Shown here: positions 62,308 to 64,000 of the stretch, in pieces
Position numbering within the stretch: the stretch's first letter is position 1
Layout: every line of letters begins with the position of its first letter
Notes under the pieces: generated by a model
The model's database searches: none
Seen by the model: only the letters and a program-made list of their open reading frames with translations
Told to the model about the DNA's origin: nothing
From: Reclinomonas americana ATCC 50394
Taxonomy: Eukaryota
Direction of reading: 5' to 3'
DNA length: 64,000 nucleotides
NCBI GenBank assembly: GCA_048213135.1
Contig: PS015010.1
Coordinates: 1,488,001-1,552,000 of the forward strand
Made by a program: the position numbers and the translations under genes

Positions 62308-63783
62308 TTATATCAGCGCCAGTGACGAGGTGTATTCATTCCCAAACCTGTCGGTGGCCTTTATGGTTACTTCCTTTGCCCCGGCTGCAGGCACAGCAGC
62401 AAACAGGTGTTCAGTAAGATTGGGTTCCACCCATTTATGCTTTAAAGGGATAGCCGGGCCTTTGTATAATTGTACGGCGGTAGTATCGTAATCGAGTATC
62501 TGTTCCATTTTTCCTTTGGCTACGCCATCTTCCAGCCATTCGATCTTCCATTTACCATCCCAGTTCCATACGTTCGCAACAACCGCGTCGGGCCGGTTCT
62601 CCAGGCTGCCTTTTTTGTAAACTACCAGTTGGTGATTTTTATCAAACCCGACAGATTTGTAATACCACTTGATGTTATCTCCATCTACCTCGTACACACC
62701 ATACCCGTTGGGTGTGCCATCACCACAAACAGGTCCGCTCCACCAGGCGCCGCAAACCGTACCATGATTATGTTCCATGATATTGTCCTTTTCCCAGTTC
62801 TCGTTAAAATGGGTATGTCCGCTCATGATGTGCACTTTGTAATTTTTCAGCAAAGCATATAAGGCACCCCTGTTGCTGGTTACCCCCCCCAGTTCCTCTT
62901 CTTTCGCTTTCTTCCTGCGCTTTTCACCATTGTCGGTAGGAATATGCAGCGATACAACTACCGTACTTCCTGCCGGTACATACTGCAGGTCTTTTTCCAG
63001 CCAGCTCAGCTGGGTTTCGGTGAGGTAACCGATATAACGGTGGCCTGCACCGATGAAAAACACGTTATCCAGTACCACGTAATGGACTTTCCCCCTGTTA
63101 AAGGAATACCAGGTAGGACCGAAATGTGTTTTGTAGGTTGCCTGTGAACCTTCATCCGTTCTTGCCGTGTAATCCATATCGTGGTTACCGATCACCTGGA
63201 AGAAAGGAACGCCTGTTGTATTTACCGCTTCTTTGTAATCAGCGAATAATTCGAAATGATCGAATACCAGGTCACCGCAACCGATACCATGTACCGGCAC
63301 ATTACCCAGTGACGCAGCCAGGGCTTTTGTATCAGGCGCTGAGATAGTTTTGAGCAACTCAGCATCTTCCTTACTTTGTATCTGCGTATCGCCCCATACA
63401 ATGAAAGCATGTTTATCGTCTCCACCTTCCAGTTTGTTCAATGCAAAATCGATCTTCTGGCCTTTCGCATCTTTATCGATCTTTGTATAAAACCCGGCGA
63501 TGCCCTTATCATTGGGAATAGCGTATCCCGCAGGCAAAGAAACAAAGACGAATTCCGCATTGTAATGAGCGGCAAAACTATAGTTCCCTTTCCCGTCTGT
63601 TCTTACCACATTGTAACCGTCGCTTACCACAACGTTACTTAGTGCTTTACCATCACCTGTTACCTTGCCCTGTATAGCGACAGCATCAAAACCCCGGCTG
63701 TTACCCGCGAAAATATCAGAAGCGGGAACGGCTACAGCAGCGGAGAAAAGACCGATGCTTTTTAAAAAATTTCTTCTTTGCAT
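62308..63783 (-). CDS. Tat-exported calcineurin-like metallophosphoesterase
   Basis: RRNFLK Tat motif; VVSDG, GDTQ, GDLVFD, GNHD, SGHTH, CGAWWSG. Confidence 0.9.
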   Translation of the reverse strand: MQRRNFLKSIGLFSAAVAVPASDIFAGNSRGFDAVAIQGKVTGDGKALSNVVVSDGYNVVRTDGKGNYSFAAHYNAEFVFVSLPAGYAIPNDKGIAGFYTKIDKDAKGQKIDFALNKLEGGDDKHAFIVWGDTQIQSKEDAELLKTISAPDTKALAASLGNVPVHGIGCGDLVFDHFELFADYKEAVNTTGVPFFQVIGNHDMDYTARTDEGSQATYKTHFGPTWYSFNRGKVHYVVLDNVFFIGAGHRYIGYLTETQLSWLEKDLQYVPAGSTVVVSLHIPTDNGEKRRKKAKEEELGGVTSNRGALYALLKNYKVHIMSGHTHFNENWEKDNIMEHNHGTVCGAWWSGPVCGDGTPNGYGVYEVDGDNIKWYYKSVGFDKNHQLVVYKKGSLENRPDAVVANVWNWDGKWKIEWLEDGVAKGKMEQILDYDTTAVQLYKGPAIPLKHKWVEPNLTEHLFAAVPAAGAKEVTIKATDRFGNEYTSSLALI

Positions 63784-63895
63784 ATGATTGATGATTGGTT
63801 GACCTGCCTGCCCGGCATTAAACGTGAAGCTAATACAGGCAGGGCTTTTTTATTATTTTCCGGTATTATTTTTTTGTGTCTTCATTGAAATGAGA

Positions 63896-64000
63896 TCAAC
63901 GCTCCCACCACACTTTGGCATTGATATCATCGTTTCCGCCCATCCAGCCCACCGCCTCCTGGTAATGCACCGGGTTATTGGTACGTACAGGTAAAGGATA
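63896..64000 (-). CDS. 3' end of a SusD/RagB-like lipoprotein (partial)
   Basis: YPLPVRTNNPVHYQEAVGWMGGNDDINAKVWWER* resembles SusD-family C-termini. Confidence 0.7.
   Translation of the reverse strand, partial: YPLPVRTNNPVHYQEAVGWMGGNDDINAKVWWER

Overview
64-kb Bacteroidota window (Chitinophagaceae-like, judged from gene content and TAnnTTTG promoters). Mostly ordinary genes: protein-glutaminase (5' truncated), katG with an OxyR-type box, a GH38 glycosidase, two tandem phosphoesterase paralogues, SDR, DUF62, ECF sigma/anti-sigma, SSS transporter, PIG-L, M14 peptidase, ggt, tamB, ribBA, a TonB-dependent receptor, esterase/ATP-grasp/carboxylate-amine ligase, a GAF/metallophosphoesterase-barrel/SdiA-regulated/ppk1/HD-DUF5706 operon, and the 3' end of a SusD-like gene. 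Two tRNA-anchored accessory blocks stand out. (1) An AT-rich 6.4-kb operon (10780-17170) next to tRNA-Lys encodes what looks like an undescribed ubiquitin-like conjugation system. Its parts are a DUF4062/TIR-like effector and a helical partner sharing an amyloid-like motif, a Ubl-like + 2x IPPGKLA + E2 polyprotein, a JAB peptidase, a ThiF/E1 and a membrane-anchored protein. No CD-NTase and no GG-ending Ubl are present. (2) tRNA-Arg is preceded by two identical 91-bp tRNA mimics with a swapped anticodon arm and followed by a small GIY-YIG nuclease whose stop codon lies in another tRNA remnant. A broken copy of the same arrangement sits at tRNA-Lys and appears to bracket the ubiquitin-like operon. 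All family calls are by-eye motif recognition; no searches were run.
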